Assembly: GCA_964016885.1 (NCBI GenBank)
Contig: OZ024741.1
Coordinates: forward strand, 141,794,001-141,858,000
Source of the DNA: Eledone cirrhosa
Lineage: Eukaryota
Direction: 5' to 3'
DNA: 64,000 nt
Shown here: positions 26,886 to 42,601 of the stretch, piece after piece
Position numbering within the stretch: the stretch's first letter is position 1
How the letters are laid out: every line of letters begins with the position of its first letter
The notes under the pieces: model-generated
Seen by the model: only the letters and a program-made list of their open reading frames with translations
What the model was told of the DNA's origin: nothing
The model's database searches: none
Program-made: the position numbers and the translations under genes

Positions 26886-27144
26886 TATATAAAATCGAGG
26901 TCTAGCAAATAGAGAAAAAGTTTTAAAATAAATTTTTAAAAATTCGCTGTACTTACTATACGTGCCTTTACCGCGGTTTCATGCTTCAGCAGTTTCATTG
27001 CTCCCTTCTCAATGGATATCCGCTTGGATTTTCAGTTTATTCTGGAGCGTGAAACCGCGGTAAAGGCACATATAGTAAGTACAACGAATTTTTTTTTATT
27101 TATTTTAAAATTGTTTCTCTATTTGCTAGACCTCGATTTTATAT
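26886..27144. repeat. Diverged inverted repeat with about 105-bp arms, each carrying a hammerhead 3' half
   Basis: 26886-26990 is the reverse complement of about 27042-27144. Each arm reads GAAA-ccgcgg-TA-aaggcac outward. Confidence 0.75.
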
Positions 27145-27246
27145 GTTCTGGCTTGTTAATTTATTAACCCGCCATAGAACCACATTGGCATACGGTTGGA
27201 TAATACTGTTTCCCTATATGTAATTTTTACACGTAGGAATTCATAC

Positions 27247-27303
<57 letters not shown>

Positions 27304-28187
27304 CTGTTTTATAAATAATTTTGACATACCTTAGAATAATGCAACTTCCATTTAAAAAGTTGATTTGGTAGTGAAACTGTTAAGGACAGTTATAGAGAAA
27401 GAAAGACGAAGAGAAACGAAGATAAAAAGAAGATGAAGAGATGTATGTAAAGAAAAACAACAGAGCGAGATAGAGAGAGAAGGAGATATGGGAGAGAGAA
27501 ATATATTGAGGAAGTGAAAAAATGGTAGGCAGCTTGGGGACAGATGATCAGCGTACAAGTGAGAGGTTAAGGAGGGGAGGGATACAGTTAAAACAGCCGA
27601 CACATAAATCCCGTCCAGTGTAGAGGAGAAAAAGAAAGAAAGATGATATATTTAAAATATATTATGTCTCATCCATTTGAATTATCAATTTTTATGAATT
27701 AGGTATTATAATGTAAATATCAATATTCATGAATGAGACACATATCCATAATGTGTGAAAAAAATGACCCCATGCTTAGTTTAAAAATTCTTAGGTCTAT
27801 AAGCAAAATCTGAGACAAAACTTCAAAAATACATAAGTATATATGCATTCTCATGAAAAAAGAAAAAAGAGAAAAGAGAAGGTTATCTCAAATTCAAGTT
27901 GACAATTATAGACACACATGTGAACTTACGTGATATGCTCCGCAAATTCTTCCGGACATGTCACCAAAAATTAATAATTAACTACTTGAGTGGTCCATGA
28001 TGTCCAAAATATGACTGAGGTGTGAATCATGATTTGAAAGACTTTGCCAGGTAGTGCTAATAGGTTAGACATCGCCTGGGCCAATATTGTCCGAAACCTA
28101 TCAAAGTTATCAAAGTTATATGCAAGGGCGGTGCCCCAGCATAGCCTCAGCCGGATGGCTGGCACAGGTAAAGGAGCAAAAGCGTAT

Positions 28188-28250
<63 letters not shown>

Positions 28251-28289
28251 TATATATGTGCGTGTGTATGTGTGTATAAATATATATAC

Positions 28290-28408
<119 letters not shown>

Positions 28409-28447
28409 CGCCCTGCCTGTCCCTTCAATCTTTCTAATTTCTCATTC

Positions 28448-28490
28448 TTTCTTCTGATGAAGGACTAGCGTCCGAAACGTTAAACGTTCC
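28448..28490 (+). ncRNA. Hammerhead-like motif of a PLE-type pLTR fragment
   Basis: CTGATGA-a-ggac-tagc-gtcc-GAAA-cg-TT. Core and stem II are clear, stem I is weak. Confidence 0.5.
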
Positions 28491-28565
28491 TGCTATTTCA
28501 AGCGTTAAACTAATATATTCCTTCCATATACTGTATCGATTGTGCTGTTATTTCTGTTTACCTTT

Positions 28566-28602
<37 letters not shown>

Positions 28603-29149
28603 GATGCTTTCTAGCGCGACATAGATATTTCAACAAGCTCTATGTACTGTTATAAATGCTACTGAAAGTAAGACAATTCGAAAGAAAGATAAACGTTGCC
28701 ATTCTGATGATAAATGTTATTTCTATATTCACTTTAGTTTATCACATTTGAGTAATATATTCCAATAAAAGGCAACATATTTTTCCGATACCCGATAGAT
28801 TCTTATGTTAAATATTACATCATAATCATTCTTCGACGGCAATTCAATCCAGGGCTTAATATAGCAATCACATTAGCAAGCTTACGAGAAACATAAAAGG
28901 CTATATGGATTGCAGCGAAATATTCTTGCCTTTCATTTGCTTATTCTAACATTGATACATCTTTTATTAGAATATATGTAACATATAGCAGGCAGTTCCG
29001 TTATTGCAGAAGCTAAATTAACACGATCCGGCTTGTGTTTATTCGGGTAAAATTTCAAAAGGCATAAATCATAAGAGATATAGATTGTTGGACATTAAAA
29101 ATGAATGCTGCAACTACTTTGTTCTCCTAACTTTATTGGGAAGAAAAGG

Positions 29150-29750
<601 letters not shown>

Positions 29751-31488
29751 CTGGGTTTGTGTCTGTCTGTGTCTGTGATGGAAATATCATTAGTAAGTTT
29801 CATAGTGAAACTGGAGTTTCCGTTATCAATATAGATAATATATTCAGATATAGTCTTAACAAGTATTCATAAATATATTCTAACATGGATTGTAATGCAT
29901 GTTCTACCTATTTGGTTGTCGGAATTTCTCTCTGATGTTACTTAACACAAATTCATTTCTACAGTCAATCCTTTTCTATATTCTTCACTACACTTCTATA
30001 AATTATTGTTCTCCTCGCTTCAGAAACTGGCTATATTTAAGAAAGGAAAATTATTATTTCTCAATGTTTCTTTGCATTATCGATGAGTACAAGAGAGCGA
30101 TGACTATGCAGTATAGGCAGAGCGTCGGGCGAAATGCTTTGTGATATTTAATTATGACTTCCTAAGTTTGAAGTTAAAATCCTGCTACGGTCAACTTTGT
30201 TTTTCATCCGCACGGAGTCAATGAAATAAAATACCAGTCAAGTACTGAGGTCACTATAATCAATTTACCTTTGGCCCAAAATTGCTTGCTCTGTACTTTT
30301 GTTAGAAATCATTATTAAATAGTACAAGAACATACGTATATACACAGCCCTTTACGTTTTGAGTTCGATTTCCTCTCTTTGCCGTCAACTTTACCTTTTG
30401 ACTTTCTGTGGTCGAAAACAATTAAGTACCAGTAATACACTGGATTCAAGTTCCCTGTGTGCCTAAATCAGAAACCATTATTTCTAATATTTCCAGCATC
30501 AGAAATTAAAACAGGCAACTGTGAAGGCACCTGGCTGGAGCTTAGACTGTTCAGTTCGTGATGTGTGTTCAATCCCTAGATCCGGCAGCACGTTGAGTCC
30601 TTATTTCATGTTGCTCTAGTCCATTCATTTTGGAGAAAATGAGGAGTAAATCAAAGGGCAACGTGTAAGTGGAATTCTGAAACATGTACGTTCATTTCGC
30701 AAGAAGTTTGTTCTGTTGATCGAAATTTTGTATGTTAAGGCATTAATATTCTTTCTAATTTTAGCACGAGGCTAGCAATTTGGAGGAAGGAGAACGCCGA
30801 TTATATCGACTTCAGTAATTAACTGTTACTTTATTTCACCAACTCAGGAAGGATGAAAGGCAAAGTTGATCTCAATGGGATTTGAACTCAGAACTTAAAA
30901 AGCCGTAACTAAATACTGCAAAGCATTTTGTTCGACGCTCTACCAATACTGTTAATCCATTGCCCTCTATAATGTAATAATATTATCAAAATATCTTCCC
31001 AGTACGACAACTTTGTAACATGATAATAATGAACTGCCGCATCCATAGATCCAATCAACAAACACTACATGGAACCAATATGAACATTTAGACTTAATGA
31101 CTTAATAGGCGATGCCTATCAATGCAACAGAATTACAATGGAGCATTTTGTAATTGACGACAGAAAGATTAAAGGCTGAAAACAATCAACACATATCCCA
31201 TGGAATGTATATTATATTAACAAAGCACTGCTGCGCAAGGAAGCTTTTATATTAGATACTCTGTTTAATTCCCGACCAACTCACATGATTGTATTAACTT
31301 CGTTGACAACAGAAGCTGGGAGAGATGTTGATATAAATATATAATATAGCAAAGTCGATCATAAATCAACACTATAATTTGTTTTGTATGTTTTGGTATT
31401 CAGATTGTTGTCACCTGATTTCCCTTCGATGCATATGATTCCTTTTTCTTAATCCCTTGATAACAACGTATGTATGAACACACACACG

Positions 31489-31544
<56 letters not shown>

Positions 31545-34177
31545 CCCTATATATATAATTATATATATATATATATATAAAATTATATATATATTTACGA
31601 CTTTATATATATAATTATATATATAAATGTATGTGTGTGTGTGTATCCTATACATAATTATATATATATACACACACACACACATATTACAATCAGTTGG
31701 CAAATATACACCTTTGTGCAAGTAAACATAAATAAATACTGTTGCGTCCCACCAATTTAGTTTGGCAATCAAGAGCGTTATTTTCCACAAGCAGGCTGAA
31801 CCGTTGTTCCAACAACTGAAAGGCTCATCTTCGAAACCAACGGAGATCCAACATAAGTATGATTACCTCGTGCAAAACAAGTGACAAGTATTATACTTAG
31901 CAAGGTGTAAATAACTGGGACGGCAGAACATTAAACTAGCCGTTGAATCTAGTTGGAACTCCGTCGGTTCAGATGACTAGTGTTACAATTGTTTGATGAA
32001 AGGGACAGTTTCCTTGTAAAATGAACGTGCAAGTTGCTGAGTATTCCACAACACAAGTGCCCTTAACGTATTTCTTGGTGAAATTCATTATGACACAGTG
32101 TGTTACATAACTGGCCATTTGAATCACAGCGACAACTCATTTAATTTTCTGAGTTGACTGGAGCTACCAGAAATAAAGTCACTTGCTCAAGAACACACCA
32201 CGTCACCAGGAATCGAACTCGCGATCTTACTGTCATGGCCAAATACTCTAACCATTAAGCCACGCAAATTCCTGGTTAATTTATATGACATTAAAAATTC
32301 AATCCGACATGACTATTCTTTCTCTCTCCTCCCCTCTCTCAAGAGAATCGATTAAAATAATTATTGATAGGCTCAGATCTATTCATTTAATTAATATTCT
32401 CTACTCTCAATGAATACATGCTTTGTCGTTGTTGAGAATAATCAATATATTCATTATCCTACATAAGCATATATATTTTATAGTAATAAAACTGTTGTGG
32501 AATTATCAATAGGAATTAATTCATCAATTTATTTAACACATGTTTCTTTAATAAAGTATGTTAGCCGTCGTACTTTATATCTGTTAATATCGATTTCATA
32601 GAAGCTACATTGAATTAGAAAGCAATAATGACAATTGTGCACGCAAATACACTGTTCATTGCTCGGAGAAAACAAAACAGTTGAAATTAACTTTCCCACT
32701 GAATGCCTATTTCATGTCCAGTAATAGCAGTTTTACATGGAGAGAAATAATTAGAATTTCAAATAAAATGTAAAATATGATCGCTTTCTTTCACTGTAAC
32801 CAAATAGGTTTACAGTTATTGGTAAGTGAACGCTAAAAATTGATATTTCTAAATATATCAATGTTTTACTCGAGGCTCACATTAAAGCAATTAAAAATAT
32901 CTTTGATGGGGTTATGTTAAGCAATGGCTACTAAAACATTTAATATAAATGTGTGGACCATGATGGAGTCATAGGGGGCATAGGGATATGTCTCGGGCAT
33001 TTAAAACCTGGCGGAGCCCATCTTCTCTCCGGGTTTCAGCACAACCGATTTCTTCTAGAGAAGGAGAGAAAGAGAAATAGTGTCTTCTAGAGAAGGAGAG
33101 AAAGAGAAATAGTGAGAAAACGAGAAAAGGATGTAAAGGAATAATCGACTCCAATATTGATCGTTTAGTTTTTATCGACTTCGAAAGGATGAAAGGCAAA
33201 GTTGACCTCAGCTGATTAGAACTCAGGGAGCAGAAAGCCGGAATAAATACCGCAAAGCATTCTATCCAACGTTTGCCAATTCGCCGCCTTTTGCTTGAAT
33301 ATTGATTTCTAATTTAGGCACAAGGCCTGCAAATAAACGAAATGAGTACCACAAATCATTCTATCAGATTCAAACGACCCTGCCTCTTCGCTGCCTCTAA
33401 TCTAAATTGTTTTACTAAATGCAGTGATTTCTTTTCAAGGTCAGCAAACAATTTCTACGGAATTGGCTTTTGTTATTCAATTAAACCATTCAAGAAAATA
33501 TATATGGTTGCCATGGATGCCGAAATCAAAAAGGTTTCCTAAACCGAGAAGAATAATTACAAGGTGGCTAATAAAAGTTTGTTTTTTTATGCTGAGTTTA
33601 CGGCGACCGGTTTATGATCGTAAAGCCATGCGTTAAATTCGAGGCGGCACATTGTTTTCGTGAATATGGCACTGTTTTTTAACATTGCTCCTGGACACTC
33701 AGCTAACAAAGATTAGGTGAACCTGTAATTCACATAACTAGCCTTGTCACACACCATGTCACACAGAATCTCCCTGAGAATTACGTTAAAGATAGACTTG
33801 TCAAGGGAATTCTCAGGCACTTGCATATTAATTTCACGTTCAGGCTGTTCTTTTGATCAAACAACTGGAATACTGGTCATCAGAACTAACGACAATTCAA
33901 CAACTTATAAATAAAGTTATGCACATAAAAAACTCCAAATATAAAGTAATGAATTTGTATTGCTAACTGATTCGATATGCCATTCACTAGCACTCAATAG
34001 CAACTCTCTCTCTCTCTCTATCTCTATCTCTCTCTCTCTATCTATCTATCTATCTCTTTCTCCCTCTCTCTCTCTCACTCTTTCTCTTTCGCTTTCTCGA
34101 TCACTCCCTATATATATATATTTATATATGTGTGTGTGTGTGTTAAAAGGAGGTATATGATACACACACACACACAC

Positions 34178-34282
<105 letters not shown>

Positions 34283-35451
34283 TTTAGAGGAGTTAATAAC
34301 ATAACCATATAAAGGCAAAGAATAATTCAAAGCTCAAATGTGATTTTATAGTCCACAACAAAATAGGTAAAGCCATTTAATCTAATCGGTAAATTTCCAA
34401 TCTCGGTAGTTTTACAATATCCCAGAGTATAGATAAAATGAATAACAATAACATGTAGTTGGTAAATAATTATGTTATTTATGTTGTTTAATAGATTCTG
34501 ACGAAATCAATACAGACGTGTATTTTCTTACTGTATTGTTAGAAACGTTCGTAAATCAATTAAATAACTTAATGTAAATTAATCCCGGTTATTTTCATTC
34601 ATTATATATATAATTGTTTCTACTTTTGGCACAAAACCAGCAATTACCCAGTACTTTATTTTATCGACCCCGTAAGGGTAAAAGGCAAAGTTGACCTCGG
34701 CGGGATTTGAACTCAGAATGACAAGGGCCGTAACTCTATGCGTCAAAGCATGGCGTCCGACCCTCTACCGATACTGCCAATCCAACAATGTTGACATGAC
34801 TAACTACATTTTATAAGCATCGCCGTGAAAACAAATAATTGGATGGCCAACTCAGGAACGCCGTTGATCATAGATCTGTTTGCTGGTGCTTGACCTGGTG
34901 TTAAACAACAACAAAAGATGAATAGACGGTACATCCAATCAGTCAAATTCTACGAGATAATTTCACCTGCTGGAAATAGCAGTCAAATATCCCTCAAATC
35001 CCACTATCTTCTTTAAAAACCTGAAAGATCTAATTAGATAACGTAGTCTTAGGAGAAGGTCACGGCTAGAATGATATTGATCCAAATCTTCAACTGCCAG
35101 GGTTACACTGGCGCTAAATAAGAGCACAGTCAGCAAGTGATCTACACAAATACTCAGGGTGGAGTCAGAGTACAGAATATGTAAAGTGTAACATAGTACT
35201 TAGTAGGGTTAAGCTCTGCATGATAGAGTGTGCAGTAGCAGCAACACACATCTAAATAATCTAACATTTACTATAGGCTAAAGTGTTGTGTTCACAATCG
35301 TTTATTGTCGTAGGTTCGTTTCCTTGACCGGTGATGGTAGAGACATGTTTTATTCTTCAGCAAAACTTCATATTCGACTGAAAACTAGTTCCTGTAGCAG
35401 CTGAGGAACGGTAAATTTGCAATAGACTGGTGTTCTATAGAGGAACAGTAT

Positions 35452-35646
35452 CAGACCTGCCAGTCTCTAAAAGCCCAAACGCGGAGTACCATGAAAAAAC
35501 ACACCACAAAACGGGGAGAAATGAGGCAAAATGGTGAGATTTTACATAACGAAAGTAATACCCATTTTCACAAGAGAAGACATCTCTCACCCACCCCAAA
35601 GTGGGTGGGAGATATCCCCGTCGGACGGGGAGAGTTGACAGGTCTG
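35452..35646 (+). mobile_element. About 195-bp MITE nested in a SINE-like sequence
   Basis: Ends CAGACCTGCCA...TGACAGGTCTG form terminal inverted repeats. A second copy lies at 42000-42190. Confidence 0.75.
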
Positions 35647-36374
35647 AAGTGTTGTAATCTCACTCACTTAAATGCTAACGAAACCGGTATAAACTCCAGT
35701 TTGATGAGCTTCCAGACTTAAGACAGACTTCTACCTTTTTAACTATATAATGTAAAATTCAATATATTAAGAAGAGAAATGTAGTAAACCCTTAACATCC
35801 TTTAATGATTTAGCAGAACATATCTAAAAACCAGCTTGCAGAGTGACATGTTCATAGTAGTTTTACCAGTGGACATATCGTTGTGAAAATATGCTGTATT
35901 AAAGTAAATACTTTAGATTTTAATGTAGTTGTATTGTTGTTTTCTACTTTTCTGAATGTCTTACTAATGAGGTCTCACGAGGTACAGGATGTCAATAGAT
36001 AAAAAGTGATTATACTTTAAAAGTGAAATTAATTTTCATTACAGAGAAAGCAAGACTGCAAGTGATGTGGGGAAATTTCTATTTCAAATTAAGTTATATC
36101 AACACATTCTAATGGAAATGATCACCCATCCCACCCTACCTTGGCATCAATTTCACACAAATTCTGCACCCATTGTCTGTTTTCACTGAATTATACGAAA
36201 TAAACAAATTATATAGATTGGGAAGGAATTATTTATTGAAGCCGTTGTATACTATACCATAGGTGAGGTTTTAATCTCTCTGGTCTCATTAAAGTTTGGT
36301 AATCAGCGGTCATTGTACTTGGAGGTGTCTAATTATATTCCAAAAATTACTACTCAACATAGCATATATAACTT

Positions 36375-36955
36375 TGTTTTCCCACTAAGCAATATCATGT
36401 TGATTCTATCTCAGACAGGCCTAAAGTAATTCTTTTAAAATTTCAGCCAGGTATAAGAATTATACAATATGCGAATGACACCAAACCGAAAGGGGAATAT
36501 AATATTTCACTCAATAATAATTAGTAATAAAGATATTCTGGGCCAAAAACTATATGTACGCGCATAGCTTGACGTATATCCCAGGCAAGAAGAGAAAGAA
36601 ACAGGCATACAAACATAGGCATATGTGTGTGTGTGTGTGAGAGTGTGTGTGGGTGTTTGGGTGGGAGTGGGGGGTACTTGAGTATGTATGTATACCTTTT
36701 TCTCTCTGTTTCTCTCTCTTCGTGCCTGGGATATACGTCAATCAATGCGCGTACATTTTTTTTTTTACCCAGAATATCTTTATTACTATAACTACCCCTT
36801 GGGCAGACACATTATTATTGAGTGAAATATTACAATCCCTTTCGGTTTGGTGTCATTCACAAATTGTATAATTCTTAAAACTGGCTGTCACTTTGAAAGA
36901 CTTACTTTAGGCCTGTCTGAGATAGAATCAACATGATATTGCTTAGTGGGAAAAC
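36375..36955. repeat. Diverged fold-back element with about 230-250-bp arms and a 100-bp spacer
   Basis: ttttcccactaagcaatatcatgttgattctatctcagacaggcctaaagtaa... is mirrored at 36903-36955. The inner arms 36521-36605 and 36705-36790 also pair. Confidence 0.85.
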
Positions 36956-37175
36956 ACATTTTATATTTACATATACGTATTGATGTATGACATGTGTGTG
37001 CATATGTATATACGTATGTATGTATCTATGTATGTATAAATATGCGTATATATATATATATAGTAAATGAGTGAAGAATAACGTGGCCGGCTGTACAATA
37101 GAGTTAATTCAAAGTATTAACAATTGTTTCATTAGTCCGGTGTGTCTAAAAATCAGTGATCGCCGGAAGCTACGT

Positions 37176-37228
37176 CACTCGATTTTAATTACAGTCGATG
37201 CCCGAGCAAGTCATCAGAATAACAATAT

Positions 37229-37302
<74 letters not shown>

Positions 37303-37355
37303 ATATTGTTATTCTGATGACTTGCTCGGGCATCGACTGTAATTAAAATCGAGTG
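37176..37355. repeat. Perfect palindrome with about 55-bp arms around (TA)n
   Basis: cactcgattttaattacagtcgatgcccgagcaagtcatcagaataacaatatctt-(at)n-exact reverse complement. Confidence 0.9.
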
Positions 37356-37916
37356 GAAAGAATGTGATTGGTTGCGTTAGGTTGAGATGCAATTTGGCGA
37401 TATTTGGCTGCGCTTTCTAGCAACAAGCCTACCCGCCGTAAGCAACCAATCACACTCTTTCCACTTGACCACGGCCATATTGTGATTCTAAGCCATTTTC
37501 GAATCTAATTTTGGCGCGATCGCTTTGGAATACTAAGTGTCTATTTTTGAGTTTGTCTCCTGATGAATCCGAACTCTGTAGATTTCCTATTAATTGGATA
37601 TCTAAAAATACGGATGAAACCATGGTAGAGATATAGTTACGGTATGTACACATTTCTTCTAAGTTTGAATTTACACCAAATTGTGTATGGTTGATTGTAT
37701 ATTTGGTCAGTTTCTACATGCTGTCGAAATGGTTGATAAATACTCTATTGAGGCCACCGCGAAGAGGCGACTTTCGTTTGTTTGTCGGAGATTTCTTCAT
37801 AGGAGCCTTTATCCTTATAGCTTGGTCTAATTGATTTTTTATATGGTTAATTATGCTGATTGGCAGAGGAAATGATATATATTTTATTTATCTAATAATT
37901 CTATAGACATGATTTA

Positions 37917-37968
<52 letters not shown>

Positions 37969-38559
37969 GGTGGCTGCCAACTCGTTTTCGAGTACGGCCA
38001 CTACTTTATAGGCTGAGGGGTCATCTCTCCCGGTCATTTTGGATGGCCATTGACTCTTAAGAGCTCCTTTGCCCTTTGATAGGTTTTGTTTTTAGTCCTG
38101 CAGGATGTCCAAAGTCACCCTCCTCACCAAGAAACCTTGGTGGGGTTGCCAGTTTAGTCGCCAACGACCCGACCATGAGACAGGTTGTACTAGGATGCAT
38201 GTTACCAGTATACATACATACATACATACATACATACATACATACATACATACATACATACATACATACATACATACATACATACATACATACATACATA
38301 CATACATACATCTGTCCAGACAGCATTTGAGTGTCGCATCATATTCCGATAACCTCTACGAACCTCCAAGCGTAGGAGCCCATCTACTGAGCAAGTCTGT
38401 CTGCATGAGACAGATAAAATCATGAGAGTTGGGAAGAAACTACTGGAAAGATACTCCCTGCATGATAATCAAAAACTCACATCCATGGAAATTGCCCAGC
38501 AATACCACAGTGAATCCCTGAAAAACTGCATGCTTATCAGCAAAATATCATGCATGGAC

Positions 38560-38800
38560 ATGTTGCCAGGAAGCTCTAGAGTGAAGGTAATATAGATAAT
38601 CAAAGTAGTCTATCTTGGACCAACAACCGCTATATTGGCTCTTACTATCTACCAATGAGGCATGATGTAGTGACCAAAACACTATACAATACAATCCATA
38701 GAAAAGATAGCCCCGACACTAAAGATATTAAAAGTCATAGCAATGTGGAAGACATAAACATACATAATATGAAAGAGTACTGGTGGAATGTTCCACATGT
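38560..38800 (+). mobile_element. Degraded RLE-type (R4/Dong-like) LINE fragment
   Basis: YLPMRHDVVTKTLYN...KEYWWNVP resembles the RHD...W segment between the CCHC and RLE domains. Confidence 0.45.
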
Positions 38801-38967
38801 ACAGATACAAAACATATGTACGTGTAGATATATAACTCAAAACATACATATCCACACACACAATAACATCCATACCTGTACACACACACGCATGCAAACA
38901 TGCATGCATATCTACCTAGTTGATGTTGCTTAAATTCCAATGAAAGAGTCTGGTGTCTATGTTAGAA

Positions 38968-39055
<88 letters not shown>

Positions 39056-39748
39056 TAAACATTTATAAAATTATAAGACCAGAAGAGCACACATAAATAC
39101 ATATGCACATGTCGCATATATCACGGACATCCATCAATACTTATATGTAAAAATATTTTCTCCACATAGACACACACACATGCATGAATGTCTACGCTGG
39201 TCCCAGCGATTGAAACCGAGTAGAAGCCTCCACGCTCTTGCTAACCCCTAACATCTCCAGAGGAAACCAGACTCCGGAGTTGGATGAAGAATCTTTAAAC
39301 TAACTCTCATTCATTTGACATGAGAATTCTTCCTTATGATGATCTTTCAGGCTCCGTGGAGGACACTCAGCCACCTGAAAACAAGAACAGAGCGATCAAA
39401 AGCTGCTTTGATTAGATGGCGGCTTCGGGACCAGTTCGGCCACCCCATACAAATGTGGAAAAGCAAACTAGACTATGGAGCAGCATTACCTTGTCTCTTC
39501 TTCACTATCAAGTCCCTACAACTCAATGGAAATTCGAAGTTCTCTGTTAAGATACAACGAGCTACTGTATTATTCCTGTGACGGCTTCGAAGAAATTTCG
39601 AGAAGAGCCCTTAATCTGGAATCTTTCTCTGCCCATGTCTATCCCTCCATAATATAGTTTTAATGAAGTAGTGTGATATATATGTTTATAAATTCTTTGT
39701 TAAACTGATGCAATGTAAGTTAGAAATACAATAATGAAAATTAAAGAT

Positions 39749-40160
39749 CATGAAGTCTATCAAAAAAGTATCCAACGTTTTTTTTTTCCCCCTTTGGCCT
39801 TGAAAAATGGGCAATGGCATCATGAAAACGTCTCGGCTCATTCCTCGCAGCTGAGACAACGTTTATTGGCAAAGAAAGGTATTTCGTTCATTCGCCAAGC
39901 TCCTTACTTTCCTTAGATGGCTCCTTCTCCTTTCTGATGGCTCCCAAAATTTAAGATACATTCAACGCCGAGAGAAAATGTGAATTGCGACGGCAGAAGT
40001 GAGAACCATTCCGGAGGAAGCATTCCACACGAATGAAAGGGTCACTGGGCTATGTGTAAAGGTGCATTAGGGGCGTAATTCAAATGCCATTAGCAATCGA
40101 ACCCCAACAAGCAAGTATTTCCCCTGCCTAAGAACGAATATTCTTTCGACAGATATCGTA
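39749..40160 (+). mobile_element. Internally deleted mariner (Tc1/mariner) relic
   Basis: WHHENVSAHSSQLRQRLLAKKGISFIRQAPYFP*MAP resembles the mariner motif HHDNAPAH...PYSPDLAP. The ends are weakly inverted (gaagtctatcaaaaaagtatcc / gaatattctttcgacagatatcgta). Confidence 0.65.
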
Positions 40161-40434
40161 TATTATTTAGTATGTTAACAATTACAGAAGACAAAATTAC
40201 TGAGAACCAACTTTAGTGAGATGATGTTAGTGTACAGTTACCGTTCAGATCAATTAAATTACTTTACTTTCACCATAAATAATGATCAAAGTCATGCATT
40301 ATCCACAACTGTCTTTCTACTCAGTTCAATTAAAGGCTAACATAATCAGGCAATAAAATATCTATATATCTATAATTCAAATCAATATTATTATTATTAA
40401 AGAAATAAAGAAATAAAGAAAAGAAGAAACCATT

Positions 40435-40478
<44 letters not shown>

Positions 40479-40609
40479 ATACGTACAGCTCTAGAACACA
40501 GTTAATATGTGATGAATATACGATAGTAATCTAAAACCTGATTTTTTAAAATGTAATAATTCCTTCTCCCCGTCTCTCCATCACTCCCGCTCTCTATCTC
40601 CTTCTCTCT

Positions 40610-41510
<901 letters not shown>

Positions 41511-41999
41511 GCGCCCGTATGTCTTGTGTGTACGTGTCAATATGTTAGCTGACTGATTACAAAGTCGTCGTCAAGGTAACAAACCATTCTAGTTGTCAGT
41601 GTTAATTTAATAAGTTGTTTCTGTTTTTTATTGAATATGCCATAATAAATGAACATTATGTTCTGCACATCTAGCTAGGTCATATTATGTGTGTACTACA
41701 TAATTTACTGCACATACTTTTGTGAAAGAGCGTCGCTCTGTGGTTATGATGTTCGGCTCGTGATCGTCATGTCATGAGTTCTATTGCTGGCCCTTAAGTT
41801 TCATTGTTGTAGGTGGCATGTGAAATGGATTTACTTCCATAAGTATGAGTGAGTTCAGTGACGGAAACATGATTCAGATGTGAAACGATAACATACTCAA
41901 TTAAATAACTAAGTCCATATGACCAATAGGACGACTTTGATGAAAATAATGAACTAAATTGTTAACCATGGAGATTTTGGAATCATTCGTGACCACTTT

Positions 42000-42190
42000 C
42001 AGACCTGTCAACTTTCCCCGTCCGACGAGATTTCCGACCCACTTTGGGGTGGGTGAGATATGGCCTCTTTTGTGAAAATGAGTATAGCTTTCATTATGTA
42101 AAATCTCCCCATTTTGCTTCATTTCTCCCAGTTTTGGGGCACTTTTTTTCATGGTACTCCCGCTTGGGTTTTTAGAGGTTGGCAGGTCTG
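42000..42190 (-). mobile_element. Second copy of the MITE, with 6-bp target-site duplication CACTTT
   Basis: cacttt|CAGACCTGTCAAC...GTTGGCAGGTCTG|cacttt. Confidence 0.8.
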
Positions 42191-42523
42191 CACTTTAACG
42201 CTACAAAGCGATATGGTTGAAAAAAAGTAAAGGCAGAAAGACCGCTTGAGCCAAATCTAGTATCAACATTGTAGTGTACTAAAAGCGCATGGCTTAGTGG
42301 TTAGAGTGTTTTACTGATGCCTGCAACGTTATGAGCTCGACTCCAAGACGGGCGGCGCCATATGACCTTGAGAAAATAGTTTATTTCAGGTTGCTCCAAT
42401 CCACTCAGGTAACAAAAAATGAGTTGTACCTGTAATTCATATACTCAGCTACTTGAATGTTAATTTCCCGAGCTGGTTGTTCCTTTGTTCACATCAATTA
42501 GAACACACACACGTACGTACATA

Positions 42524-42601
<78 letters not shown>

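Noticed and set aside
37965-38210. HDV-like ribozyme in a GC-richer, LINE-5'-UTR-like segment
   Set aside because: Hairpins are present, but I could not build the nested P1/P1.1/P2/P3 double pseudoknot on either strand.
42283-42360. tRNA gene
   Set aside because: A/B-box-like head continues directly into a SINE body, with no complete cloverleaf.
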